A stretch of 63,973 nt of DNA, counting the filler, from Hausera hauseri (taxonomy: Eukaryota): NCBI GenBank assembly GCA_046269625.1. It is 9 parts of 9 records of this genome, joined end to end, with 100 filler letters (N's around TTAATTAATTAA, not from the genome) between each part and the next. Parts side by side here need not be neighbours in the genome. Positions count along the whole stretch, not along the records: positions 19,619 to 27,518 come from JBJURY010886512.1; positions 27,619 to 36,747 come from JBJURY010452134.1; 7 more parts are not named here. One strand, written 5' to 3'. Shown in pieces: positions 23,796 through 36,747 of this stretch. The notes beneath the pieces were generated by a model. The model did no database searches, had not been told where the DNA came from, and saw only the letters and a list, made by a program, of their open reading frames with translations. The translations under genes were made by a program, and so were the position numbers. Numbering within the stretch: the stretch's first letter is position 1; the number at the start of each line of letters is the position of its first letter.

Positions 23796-26700
23796 AGATA
23801 CAGGGGTCCTATTTTGACCTTTGACACGTATCCACATATAAAAATGTCGGGGCACCTATATTCATCAAGTAAGCTACGAAATATATGTTCTCATCAAACT
23901 TATTCTCAAATTAATTTTCTAGGGTTAAATAAGATCTCATGTAGTAAGGTTCGATTCCTTCACTGATAACAATCTTCAATACCGGTGAGTACAAATCTCG
24001 TCATAATATATATATACGTTTAGTACACTAATTCAACGAACAGGAATTTCCGCTAAATATCTTTATCAATAAAGAAAAACAAGTATAAATTTCTGAGTCA
24101 AGGTTCTTATGACTGTGTGAATATAATTCCTGATTAGTAGCATCCGTAGGATAACTTTATAAAATCAAACCTGTACGATAACAATTCAAAAGAATACTTC
24201 TTGGTAATTTATTATCTACATCCCTGTGCTTGAACTTTATCTGTCTCATATTATTCATTGAGAATATACATCTACTCATGTTCATCTATCCTTAATAATC
24301 ATACAAGTTGACTTTATTCACCACCATAATAACCGAAACCATTTGTGTTCCTCGACCCTTATATTAACCAGTCATGAATACGAATGTTGGTGGCAATGAG
24401 ATCATGTGATTCTCTGCTAACTTGTTATTCTTACCACTGTAAGGGTTCATAATTATTATTTCTGTATATACTTGCCCCCGATGTCCAAAATGAATTTTTC
24501 CATATTCAATTGATGTGTCCCAAGTATTAACATATCGGTATTAGTTTCAATGTACGACAATGTTTGATCCTTGTATGGTATACTTCATTTATTCATATTA
24601 ACCATAAGGTCTTCGATTCACTAAGACTTTAATATGCTCTTTTATATGTTCATAACCTTGTTCCTGGTCTAGAATAATTCATCATAAACCATTATGTCTG
24701 TAACAGTTCCTCCTCATAATCAGATCCATTCGGCAATAGGTTCGTGAAGCAGTCTTGTTCCTTGTTACTATATCTTCCTAAAAATTGCAATTGTCCCAAC
24801 GATTTATTATAAGCAATCGCTCACTATAACGTTCCTCTATCACCAATACCATTATTATATCATATTTGATAAATATTTGTTATGACTTTCATAAAAAATT
24901 GTCCTAAGGGTTATTGAAGATATTTATATATACAACCTTTAACCCATCGACGTGAAATCTAGTTATATTACAATCATTGAGTATGATTCCTTCTCCTCCA
25001 ATTAATACCATTATCTCTCTTCATATACATTCGTATTCCTTGTGAATATTGGTGACTTTTCTTTGGGTAGAATTCTTAGGCTATTTAGCTTCTCCTTGTT
25101 AAGTCTGGATATATATCTACTGTAAGGTTGGGTGATCATCATACTTACCATTATTTGATCATAAAGTTTATTAAAATTTCACCATATATATTCTCATACA
25201 CATTCGCACACACATATCCCGTCTTATTAATTTTAACTTTCAATATCTCGACATTAAATATATCCCTAGGACCCATATTTTATAAAATGTTTTTTGACAC
25301 ATTTGGTCTCACGTTGCATTCCCAAAGATCCTAAGGCGCTAATCGTTATAAAAATCATATCACAATATCAGCAAATTATTCTGCCGCGCATAGGTATACT
25401 GTTCATACTACCTTGTAAGTGTATCAATATGCAAATATACAGTATATATAGCCTCTCTTATCATTAGCATAGCAGTGTGAAGCATCTTGCAATTATTACA
25501 ACGTAGACGGAAAATCGCTGCCATCTTTACAAAAGAACAAAAATCAAAATCCGTCGCATCAAAACAATACTTTTAGTTTCTCCCTCATACTTCCGAAAAG
25601 ACATTCTTCCATAAATTTGTTATTACTAAAGGTGATCGTTCCATCAGCTTCGCATGTCTGACATACCGAGGTCTCGTTGGTTTACGGTCTCCTTTTTCTG
25701 TACATATAAATGGTCACTCCAGGGTTTTTGAGCATAAAGGCGGTATAGCTTTCGTTGGCAATGCCTGAATAATACGGATAGCAAATGACATGTCGTAGCC
25801 AATATTCTCTGTAGGTACAACATTTCGGATCGATCCTGGCTTTTAGTGACTTTAATTTCATCGTATGTCATCCAATAACACGCACCGCGACCTCGATCCA
25901 CCGATTCATTCGCTAGAAATCTCATACTAAGACAATCCAGGTTATCGCAAATGTCTACCAACCGGTAACCGAAATCCTGCTGGGAAGATTCATTCACGGT
26001 TGATGGATAAACAATTCATGTATATAATTTATTGAATAAAATAAAAACATCAATAAAATACAATTCAAAAGCGGATCCTTTAATTAAATATAAACTGAAT
26101 TACCGTATACTTCACTAATTGATTCTAATTTGTTATGTTGCTGTGACGAATTCATGTATTATTATATTGGATAATAAGTATTGCTCAAAATATCGAATGT
26201 CGTTCTAGAATCGGTTCAAGCTTCCACTGTGATCTGGATTCAATTTATGTTTCTGTAAGAGTCAACAATTATTAACAAAGTATAAATTGTGCATCATAAC
26301 TTACCAGTCGGTAAGTCTAAAATTATTCTTTGCAAAGTATCGAAGTATTTTTTAAGTCTTAGCAGCAGTGTGTAGTGTTAATGTTTTAGGACTAGTTTAT
26401 ATACTAGTCAAGCTAATGGATTACCGTATGTCTATCAGCATTTTCTAAATCAATTTTCACAATCGATTCCATTTCACTGTCAATCAACTATCATATGGCC
26501 TATTAATTTTTTAATTGATTTTTTAACTGTCATTTGCCATTCAATTCTTCAAATTGATTTTTTTTAATTGCTCTTATTGTCGTCCAACAATGTCACTGAA
26601 TTTCAGATATCTGTCACTCACTCTTTAACATGTTACTTTTTCGATATGTGTATTACCTCTAATTACTTATCGATTACGATTACCAAACACTTGCCTATCT

Positions 26701-27276
26701 CTGGGGTAATTACTAATTGCAAAATTTCATTGCCAACATGTGTATTACCTCTAATTATAAATTTTCATATTGTTATTTTCAATATTATCTGGTTAACAAT
26801 CATTGTACAAAAACAGCCAAGGTAAAACAAAGGAAGCAATAAATCATGGCAGGAGTATTGGTTTTGTTTGGAAAAACATGGACACAGCACTGAATTTGGG
26901 AAAAAAAAATGACCTCTGTTAGAAGTTGCACCCATGGGTGAGTGGTCAGCAAGAAAGTGAATTAACTAACATTACTGTTTGCATAAGCAATATTCCACGT
27001 TAACACCACAGCCATCTAACATCAACCTCTGTGATGCACTGCACCCTGAAAACGTGATACCATGTTTTAACAGGCTAAAAACACTTTATTCAGAGGAATA
27101 AAAACAGTTTAAATCCTATAATACTCATGATCATACTTCTGAAGTTCAGGGCACATATTGTGGTTCTCAGTGTGATGTGTATTTCTATCATAAAAATGAG
27201 CTTAGCCCACTCTTTCAATTTACGAATGCCAGATGAGTTAAGGCCATAAAAATGGTGATAAATATTTTCAACCTAC

Positions 27277-27445
27277 CTGAACTCAGGTGGTACATTTTCA
27301 TCTCCAACTTTTCCTTCACGGTTGTCCTTTTGTCCTTGCCACCTTGGTGGACGTTTGTCTGTATCATTATCACGAATTTCCCTTGGCTCACGATTTCTCC
27401 CACCACCACGACCCCTTTCGCTCTGTTTGGGAGGGACTCCCTTCT
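27277..27445 (-). CDS. probable host exon encoding an Arg/Gly-rich peptide (gene not identified)
   Basis: Polypyrimidine..TTCAG acceptor and AG|GTAGGT donor flank the open frame KGVPPKQSERGRGGGRNREPREIRDNDTDKRPPRWQG. Confidence 0.45.
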
Positions 27446-27518
27446 CTGAAGGTGATAAAAAAAAATTACAACTAAAATTATTAAAACAAAGATAAAATTG
27501 AAAAAAGTACTGAAAATC

Positions 27519-27618
27519 NNNNNNNNNNNNNNNNNNNNNNNNNNNNNNNNNNNNNNNNNNNNTTAATTAATTAANNNNNNNNNNNNNNNNNNNNNNNNNN
27601 NNNNNNNNNNNNNNNNNN
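27519..27618. other. artificial contig linker
   Basis: N-run with TTAATTAATTAA. Confidence 0.97.
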
Positions 27619-30200
27619 TGTTTCGTTGCACAGACCTCACAAGCGTCCACCCAGTTTTTCACATCTATATAAACGCTTGGCCAGTATTACTTATTCAACA
27701 TCCTTTCTACACTTTTCTTCCATGACGTATGTCCAGCTAAATGTAAATCATGTTCTGCCATTAACAATTCCGTTCGTAATCCTTTTGGGATAACTACCAC
27801 TTTCCGTCCATTTCGTTCGTAATATAAAATATTGTCTTGATTCCATGCGTAATATTTGTGCCCGTGTCTCTGTAAGTGTTTCTTTAGCTGACGTCCCTTC
27901 GGTATTTCATCTAGCTCGGCAAATTTGACCATCTGTTGGATAACTATATCTTCAGCTTGTTCTGAAGAAATTCTGATTGTCTTATTTAGCTTTAAAGTTT
28001 GTTGTCGCTTGACTAATTCTTCGAGCTGAGCCTTCTTCATGGTAATACTTGTACTTGTTTTTGTTTTAAGTCTTGATAAAGCATCTGCGTCGACATGTTT
28101 GTTTCCGGGTTTATATCGGAATTCGATATTATATCGAGAGATTTCTTCGATTCATCGATTTAGTCTGCATGTCGGGTTATTGGCTCGTCTTTTCAATGTT
28201 GTAACAGCCTTGTGATCGGTAACTATTATAATTTTCTGCCCGTAGACATAGATATTAAAATTCCTTAAAGCTTCTTTCACGGCTAATGTCTCTAGTTTAG
28301 TGACTGAATAGTTTTCATCGGCTTTCTTAAGCGATCGTCCTCCATATGCAATTGGGTGTTCTAATTCTTCGTCTTCTCTTTTCTGAGCTAACTCGTAACC
28401 AATTCCTTCTTTACTTGCGTCTGTTTTAATTATAAATGGTAAATTAAAATCTGGGTATCTCAACACTGGTTCACTTGTTAGAATTTTCTTCATTTCGTCT
28501 AACGCTTTGTGTTCGACATCGGTCCATTTCCATTTGATACCTTTTTTAAATATCCGATATAGTGGCGCCTTTATTTTCGCATTGTTTGGCACATAAGTGG
28601 CATAATATCCACATAGGCCTAACCAGTGTCTTAATTCTTTCTGATTCTGTGGTTCCATACAATCCGATATTTTGTTTAGTAAAGATTTATTTGGTTTTGA
28701 CCCTCCTTCTCCATCTATATGTCCGAGATAGGATACAGCATTTTGTACCCATTTACATTTCTTTGGGTTCAGTTTTAATCCAGCCTGTTTTAACCGCATA
28801 AGAGTGTCTTTGATGTCCTTTAGGTGTTCTTCATCTGTTCTTGATGCTATCATTACATCGTCAAATTGTACGAACGCATGATCGAGTCTCACTAACATTT
28901 TATTCATCATTCTGGTGAATATTGCTGGGCCGGTTGTTATACTTAACGGCATGACGTTAAATTTGTAAACTCCGTCGTGCGTCTTAAACGCTGTTTTGTA
29001 GTGATCGTCTTCTTCAATTTCTACTTGCCAGTATCCTGATTGTAAATCCAGTGTAGCGAACCACTTCGCTCCTCATAATCTGTCTAACGCTTCTTTTACT
29101 GACGGTAGTGGAAATGAGTCTTTCATCATAAGTGTGTTCAGGGCTCTGTAATCTATATAGAATCTATGTTTCGTGGTACCCTTTTTCTTTACCATAATTA
29201 TTGGTAAGTACCAAGACCGATAGCTTGGTCATATTTTGACAGCCTTTAACATACGTTCCATCTCTTTGGTTATTTCGGGCCTCAATGAATGGGGCGGTGG
29301 ATACCATTTAGGCATCTTTTGCTCTTCCAAGTCAATCTCTTCATTGGAGCCAGGTTTCCTTTCTAATGGAATCGTTAGTCTTAGCGTTTTTGATTTGCCT
29401 ATGTCTTCCTAGTTTTAAACAATAATGCACTTATATTTGCATAATATTTCGTAAAACTGACAATATGCTTTTGGCAAAAATTTTACCTCAACATGAGATG
29501 GGAACTCGGCATATTTTTAGGGTTTTTCTTCGCTTGTTATTGCCGATACTTTATAAGTATGACCCAATGCAGTATTGGCGTACAACTTTAGGGGAGTCGG
29601 CGCATTATTCACTAATCTGACTGGTACTGTTCCTGTCGTTACTCTTGTCAAAATGTTACTGAGTATGATATTTGGGTTAACGTCTTCTTGTGGCTCGAAG
29701 TATACTGGTTGATCATCCTCTTCTTGGATCTGGACATAAATTAGCATTTTGGTTCTGGGCGGAATATTTTCATCGACGGGAATCCCTACTTCTTCCAGCT
29801 TTCTTCCTTTCTTTGTTTTAATCCCTTTCACTGGTCCCAATTCAAGTAGCTTTCCAATCTGCAAGTTTATTGCGATATTGGGTAATTGTTTCAGTATATC
29901 GCAACCTAACACTAAATCATCAGTTAATTGATCCATTACGGCAAACTCGTGTCGAAGGATTTGGCCCATTAATTGAACTAAGGGGCTGCATTTATATTTT
30001 GGTTTAGATTCTTGCCTGACGGCTCCTATGCTGCCTGGGTCTGACGACGATGTTAGCTGTAGTTGCTTTCATAGTGTCGGCGGTATTGATACTAACTTGA
30101 TGAACGATTTCTCTGATCCGGTGTCGATTAAGTCATAGACTTCCCAATCTTCAATGGTAACTTTTGTGAAGGGTCTCCCTTCCATAAGTGTTCCATAACA
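27619..30200 (-). pseudogene. pol: family B pol (B4)
   Basis: ORFs 30069..30665, 29517..29969, 28152..28952, 27687..28040; DLIDTGSE, FDDVMI, IKTDASKEGIG, HDLHLAGH. Confidence 0.93.
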
Positions 30201-30799
30201 ATTTGACACGTCCTTTGGTCGTTTAATTAAAGAAATCTTATGTCCGTTTATCGTTATTTCTGGTGATGAAATGATGTTCTCGGTCAACTGTTTCAGTTCT
30301 TCGTTAGGGTAGAAGTCGTTGATTGCTACGCTACCTGCGTTGCTTCTAATTAACGGTTCTTGTATTATTTGGTTTTGGAGCGATTTCATTTTTTGTGTTC
30401 CCCAAGATGTTGATCTTGTCTTTATATTAAGAGCTATTCTCTGCGAATACAATATCCTATGGTCATCTTCCGCTCGTCGTTGGTTAGTAATCTGCATTTT
30501 CTTCAATACTCCGTATTGTTTTGTTCCTTCATAAAGTTCCTCATAGCTAAAAGGTTTTCGACAGAAATCCGATTTGTATGACACCATAGGTGTTGTATCA
30601 CAATCTTCGCATATTGGAGCCGTTGGCGGCGCGATGGGCAAGTGTGTCTTGTTTACTGAATACATTTTATGTCTATTTTGTTTGAGGATTGCTTCTCCTC
30701 CCTTAGGCTCGTCATCATCGGAGACATTTCTTTGTTTTGTTAATTTCTTAGCTCTGCGTTCCGATAGAAACGTGGGTCTTGCTCGTCTTTTATAATTAT

Positions 30800-32650
30800 G
30801 ATAGCGACGTGGCGTTCAACGTCATTTTTCCATTGGTTTTCTTCGTATGCTTTAAGCATTTTGCCGAATGGTGTGATGATTGCAGTTAAAATCTTGCAGG
30901 AAAATCCTGCTAGCATGAATATTTTGTACCCGCTCGGATTACCGCTTTTACTAGTTGTACTAAGAAACAGATTGCTAAAAATCTAGATGCGGCTTGTCCA
31001 AAAATTAAAAATCTTCCACATATTTTGTAGAGTATTTCTGTGGTTACCCGTTGGTAATGGTTTACACCAAGTAAGGATTCCCATTTAGCCTGATATCGAG
31101 TATCGTCAACTACTGATGCCATAGCTCGATTTAATTCGTGTGTTCGTTGTCGTGGAAAAGCAAAGAATTGTCGAAAAGTTTCGATTTTTTAGGCCTGTAA
31201 ATACCTTTATGAGATGTATCCTGAAACTTGTCATCAGTAATTCCTTTTGCTAATTTAGTCCCAGTAAGTTTTTTAGGAATGATAGTAACGCCTCCATTAG
31301 GTAAGCTAACCCAATCTGGTTCGCTACGCCTAAACATTGGTTCACCCAGACTTGCCTTGCAATCCTTTAAGATGGTTGGTTGTGTCGCATTATCAAGCAA
31401 CACTTTAGTGAGGGGCATGGCTAGACGTGCAGTATTTTGGTATATTACAGGGAGCTCTTGTATGCATCGTTTTTCTTCGACATTAATTGGTACATCTCTT
31501 TTCTTGCATTCGTAGGTCAGTAGGACCTCGCCAGTAACTCGGCCGAAGATTCCTTCTCTTATAGGAATGATCGGTGAAGCTAACTCAATGTTCGCAGAAA
31601 TAAGAGCTAGTTTTGTCCTCATAATTTCCGTATCTAATTTATAGTCGTTGGTTATCATTTAATGATATAACTCGGTTATTCCGATTTGTCCTTTATAATC
31701 GTCTCGGTTTTTCAGATAATCTTCGATTCTAATGTCTTGCGTTTTTAAGTTGTAGGTTTTCGCGCTTATCTCCGTTTCTGCGACGAAGAACGCTTCGTAG
31801 TTAGTGGTGAACATTACTACTTCGCAACATGAAATCGTTTCCTTTTTATGAATTTCAATCCATGTTGATCAGAGATTAATATCGTAGGTGTATGATCCTC
31901 TGATACGTCTTCACGTGCTCTTGAACTGATGTCGGATTTGTCTACGTATCGTTTCACGGTAGTTTCATTAAATTTCAATTCCTTAATTTTAATAAAATTA
32001 CAACCTTTTCCAGCGGGCGGTTCCCATTTGACGATCGAACTTCTGAAAGCACAGGTTCCGTCCTGTATATGACATTTTTGATTATCGGTATATAGCTTAG
32101 TGACGCTATGGAACATCACTTTCTAGACTTGCATTTATGATTTGTAAAAGTCTACTACTACTACGTTTGCTTCCAGGCCCTTTCCAGTGTTGTATTTTTC
32201 TCCACTACGGTGCCCGTTATGCATATCTAACCTTCCACCTACTACCTTGTATTCCGTAATTATCTTTCCAGGCTGCATTTCTAGTTCCATACTATCCCAT
32301 TTCAATCTTCCGGTTTCTCTGGCCTGCTTGCAGTGTTGCCTTTTCTAATTTATTTGGATTGGATGGGTTGTTGGTTTAATTATTGAGGAGTGCCCATGCA
32401 TTATCCCACAGTGAAAAATCCTACGAGATCGTCTCAGCATACATTCCATGCCATCCAAAGATATCAACTCTTGTTGTTGATACAGGAAATAACTCTTCTC
32501 CTTTGTCTCAAATTTGTGTGGTCTGGAATCTCCGCACGCTTTTAAGTCCATTAATGAATATTTTTGTCCGAGCTTAAACCTATCACAATCGTAGACGGTG
32601 AGAGAACACCCATCTGTTTTATTAGCATCATTATAGTGAGTAGGCTGATT
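30800..32650 (-). pseudogene. env: chuvirus-like (class III) fusion glycoprotein / env
   Basis: In order: TVYDC..SLMDLKAC, RRIFHCGIMHGHSS, CHIQDGTC..VKW..C, GEVLLTYEC, CIQELPV..PLTKVL..C..PMF..W, GIY, then TM FLIFGQAASRFLAICFLVQLV. Order and spacing match chuviral glycoprotein motifs (YDC, CGMHSH, GEV..C, CY.ELPV). Confidence 0.8.
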
Positions 32651-33936
32651 AACCAACTGGATTCATTCTTTCGGTTGTTATTATCCGTTGTCGTCAAGTT
32701 CCGTATGATATCTCCTAGTCCATTATTACTGTTCCTATTATCTTTTTCCTTGTCAAATAATTTTAGCCAATTTATCTCATACGGAAGCTTTCTAGCTGCT
32801 TTTCGTGCCAAGCTTGTAGCTCGGTTCAGTTCATTCTCTCGAATTGAATTTGTCTTGATCGCCAAGTACAATAATACTTTTCTTAGCTCTTCTATCATAT
32901 GTTCCACCATAATTTTCTCAACTACTGCATTGTCAGTTAGGCTACTTTTTGGCAATTTGAAACGCGAACTTCTCGTTGTCCTGGCTGCGTTGAATATCGC
33001 CTTTTCTTTCTCATCTAATATATCGCCGCGAAGACTTGAATAGTTTACAATATGTATTAGGTTCTTCATTAACTCGTTTAACTCTTCATTGTCGGTGCTA
33101 AAAGTATGGATTGACATCTGTCTTAACTCTCTTATCTGTTTTCCATTATAGTCAATTTCTTCTAGGGGCTTTCTAGGTCTGCCGACTGGGCGTTTCGGTC
33201 TTGGAGCATTATCTGGTATTCCACTTAGCGGTACTAGATTCTTGTCGTATTGTTCCTTGTCTTCGAAATACATTGCCGCATCTCGTACACCCATGATTTT
33301 TCCTACGCACTGTTCCGTTTTAGCCTTCCGCGTGACTTCTTTTTTTGTTTGTTTATTTGCTAGCGTTACTACTATTCGATTTATTTCGTCGGGGATGATT
33401 CCTACGTCTATTAATTGTTCTAAATCGTCGAGTATTCTTCCTCTAAAGTAAAATCTGTAATTCAGTTCATTTGTTCCGCCGTTATTTAATAGCCATTCTC
33501 TTACGTCCTTCACGTAGGAGTGCGTGGTTAGCTCACGTTCTTTTTCGTTTATCCACTCGGATGATATCATTATTTTCATCGTTACCTCAGGTTTACCCTT
33601 CATGATTTTTGCATACTTCTTTATTAAAAGTTTCGGCACCGTGTTGTAAATTATGTTTTCATTGGATAACTTAGTCAAAGTTGGAATGAGTTGTCTGAGC
33701 TTATTTTCAGTCATATTCACATTAATTAATTCCATCAAGTCCTTCTCGGTTAACGCTGAGTCTAGGAGCATCGCCACATTGAATTTCCTGTTCTGCGGAT
33801 ACATTTCTGTTTTATCTAGGTGTACTGGAGTTACCGGATTTTCGGCCGTTATTTTTTCTAAATAATCATTCCATTCTGTTTTATTCCCAATATCTGGGAG
33901 TCCATAGTCTACTAGAGCTGTGTTCGTTCTTTGCAC
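32551..33936 (-). CDS. 461-aa polyprotein segment: ubiquitin-like domain, AT-hook, helical region, C-terminal signal-like segment
   Basis: [26 protein letters not shown] resembles ubiquitin [33 protein letters not shown] AT-hook; [12 protein letters not shown]. Confidence 0.7.
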   Translation of the reverse strand: [461 protein letters not shown]

Positions 33937-33978
33937 ATTTTCTTGAATTTCTTTTAGTCTTGGTTATATTTCTTTCAC

Positions 33979-36145
33979 CTACGTAGTTCGAAAACTTATT
34001 CGGTTTCCACAGGTATATTGAATTATTTTTAGTAGTTCGCATAATTCGTTAGAATTGATAAATCCCTTCTGGTGATAATCGGTTAGTTCGATGATTACGT
34101 CCCTTCGCCATCTCTGCACGAACTCTCGCTTATTTTTGATCTCTGATTCGGTAAAAGCGTATTTGATCCGATAGCTTTTAAACTCTTTTACCAATTCATC
34201 TAGCCTCTTTGCTCTTTGTTTCGTTCTGATGCACGTTTCTTCAACTTGTTGTAATTCGGGCATCAATTGCCTTATCTTCTCATCATTAATCTCCACCATT
34301 TCTACCAATAAGTAGGCTAGCCCATACATCTCATTTATAAATTTTGCGTCGGGATCTATTGCACCCAGCAATTTCTTTACGAACTTGGATTCTTCGACAT
34401 TAAGACGTTGGTTGTTTCATATTTTTGTCAAATGGGTCTGGCAATTCTGGTCCGTAGCGGCTATCCATTATCGTGGTTTGTGCAAGAATCTGACTGCCTC
34501 TATTAGGGCTACTCTATGTTCTGGGCAAATACCTAATGTTTCGATATCATGGATCGAAATCTTGTCGATAGGTTTCTCCGTTAAATGTTAAATTCCTTCT
34601 CGTCGGATGTTTCTTAACCTTGAGTAAAAATTTCAAGTCGTATTTCGCTTTTCTGTAAAGTTCGTTTCTTCGAAAATGTTATAGATTTCTTCCAATATTG
34701 TCATTTCTTGTTTCTTCTTCATAAAGTTTAATTGTCGTAATGATTCGAATCGTGTCCGGATGTCTATTTCTGTTTTTATGGTGTTTAAGTTACGTGTGCC
34801 TTCTTCTAGTTGAATTTTTACAGATGGTTCGCTTTCCGGAAATTCTTTATTACGGTTTTTTACTAATTTGCTTAATCTCGTTATTAGTTCGGACCATTCT
34901 GACAATTGATTGGCAATTATTGGCTTGGCTAATATTGCATCTTCTAATTCATCGTCTGGCTCTTTTATGAAGTTTATAAATTGGCTAACATAATTAAGCT
35001 CATCCTTATATTCGTCGAATTCTATGATACAAGCTTTTATTACATATTTGGTTTCTTCATTATTCACGAACATGATTTGATTTCTTAAACTATTGATCTG
35101 CAATCTTTTTTCATTCTCCATTTTGATGCGGCTCTCTAATTCCGCATATCGTCGGTTTCTGACAAAGGCAATTTTTATCATCTCCATTAAGGGAGGAATA
35201 TCTACTGGGTCTACACCCAATATTTCTAAATCAGTATTACTTCGATTGCTGACCTGTTGTTTTCTAAGCCGATTAATCATTGCATAACGTATCTCATCCA
35301 TTTTGCGCTCTAAGTTTCGGGTCACTCTTTTCAACTTAGAATTAGCTTTCAAGGTAGATAGCAGTGTTTGCGCTTCAGCGACTTTTACAACTACGACTTT
35401 TTTACAAGCGACTTTTACTCCACTCTTAATCCACGATTCTAATTCGTGGTTCCATTTTATCAACGTATTTCGTGGCGCCTATTCCGGTTGTTATAATTCG
35501 ATTGCTTCGTCTAGCTTCCCTTCGCTACATAATTTTAAACTTTTATATAATTTTTCCGCAAATTGTTGCTCTTTACCAGATATATCTGTTTGTTTACTGA
35601 TCTGTTTAAATCTCTCTAAATTGTGTCGGAATATCTCTGGATCGTAACATCTAATTCTCATTTTCTTTAATTCGTCGGCATTCTTCCATGAAAGTCGAAC
35701 TTTCCATTTTCTTGCATCCAGATAATTAATATCTTCCGTTTCTTCCTCACTAGCGGGAAGTGGACAGATTTCATTAATTTCGTCATTAACATTTATTATC
35801 TCTGGTGTTTTCAAGACTTCTGGAGTCCCTTTCTGACGTAACGAAAGTATCTGATGACGAGTCGTCTCTTAGGCTAGCAGTATAAAAATCTACTTTTTCT
35901 TCCGCGTCTTTCATTATGAGAGATCTTGAGTGAGTCTTGGATCTTCTCTTAGGCGATGGGCTTCTGCCTCTGTTCTTTGTAATTTTGAGGACTAAGGGCC
36001 CGATAAATTCACTTTCAACTTCATCTGTTATTTTGTCTGAGTTATGCATTACGGCTTCTAATTCTGTGTCTAAGTCTACATTTTGAGATGTTGATGGTTT
36101 CTCGGACTGAGCTATTCCTTGCGGGACAGACTTCTTACGTGCCAT
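33979..36145 (-). pseudogene. long charged/helical coding region of unknown function between gag and the Ubl domain
   Basis: Consecutive same-strand ORFs 35786..36145, 35491..35814, 34633..35463 and 33979..34371; the first is in frame with the Zn knuckle apart from isolated stops. Confidence 0.6.
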
Positions 36146-36399
36146 ATTAGTATTATTTGGGGCCAGTGCCTATTCTTCTTCGGTTTGTGGTTCTCTCAGT
36201 CCATGATAGACTTCCATTAGTCGTAATTTCTCTACATACTCTTTTCTAGCTTTTATGACTTGAGGATTAGTACTTTCGGCTAGGTTCCTTGCAGATCTAT
36301 GCAGATCTTGCATTTCAATGATCAGGCTTATATCACCTCGTTTACCCTAGATGGCTTCTAAATTATTTTTAATCATACTTCTTTTGTTTGGTTCAGTAA

Positions 36400-36747
36400 A
36401 TGTGACATTTCTAGGATTTGGGCATTACCTGGCGATATATCCTTCTTCACCACATGTAAAGCAAATTAAATTTCCATTCCGACCAATCCTTTGTCTGCCA
36501 TCCTCATTCACAGGCGATTTCGCTCTGTTTGTATTCTTATACTGGCCCTGTAACATCTGTCTATTGTCTCCATCATATCTATTATCATTATTCCGATTAT
36601 CCATATATTTGATATTAGGTTGGTAACTACAGTAGGGGAAAATGGCGGTTCTGGCCCACCCCCGGGGGGGTGGTAATCAATAAAGCGATTTTGCACATGT
36701 GCCGATCGGTAGTGCACCCGGAGCACTATTGATCCATAAAGTGCCTG
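36400..36747 (-). pseudogene. gag: family B gag C-terminus with degenerate CCHC knuckle
   Basis: LICFTCGEEGYIAR*CP (CX2CX4HX4C with His to Tyr), preceded by an Arg/Asn/Gln-rich stretch. Confidence 0.75.

Larger units (their letters stand above)
27619..36747 (-). mobile_element. family B copy B4: gag end, 6-kb insert including a viral glycoprotein, then pol
   Basis: Contiguous on one contig: Zn knuckle (~36420-36465), helical ORFs, Ubl, glycoprotein, LIDTGSE, RT, RH, integrase Zn finger. Pol is clearly homologous to B2 and B5. Confidence 0.9.

Noticed and set aside
32564-33043. Antisense ORFs over the retroelement coding regions (also 50598..51137 over CDC5L, 53130..53546 and others)
   Set aside because: Shadow ORFs opposite real coding frames, with no motifs.
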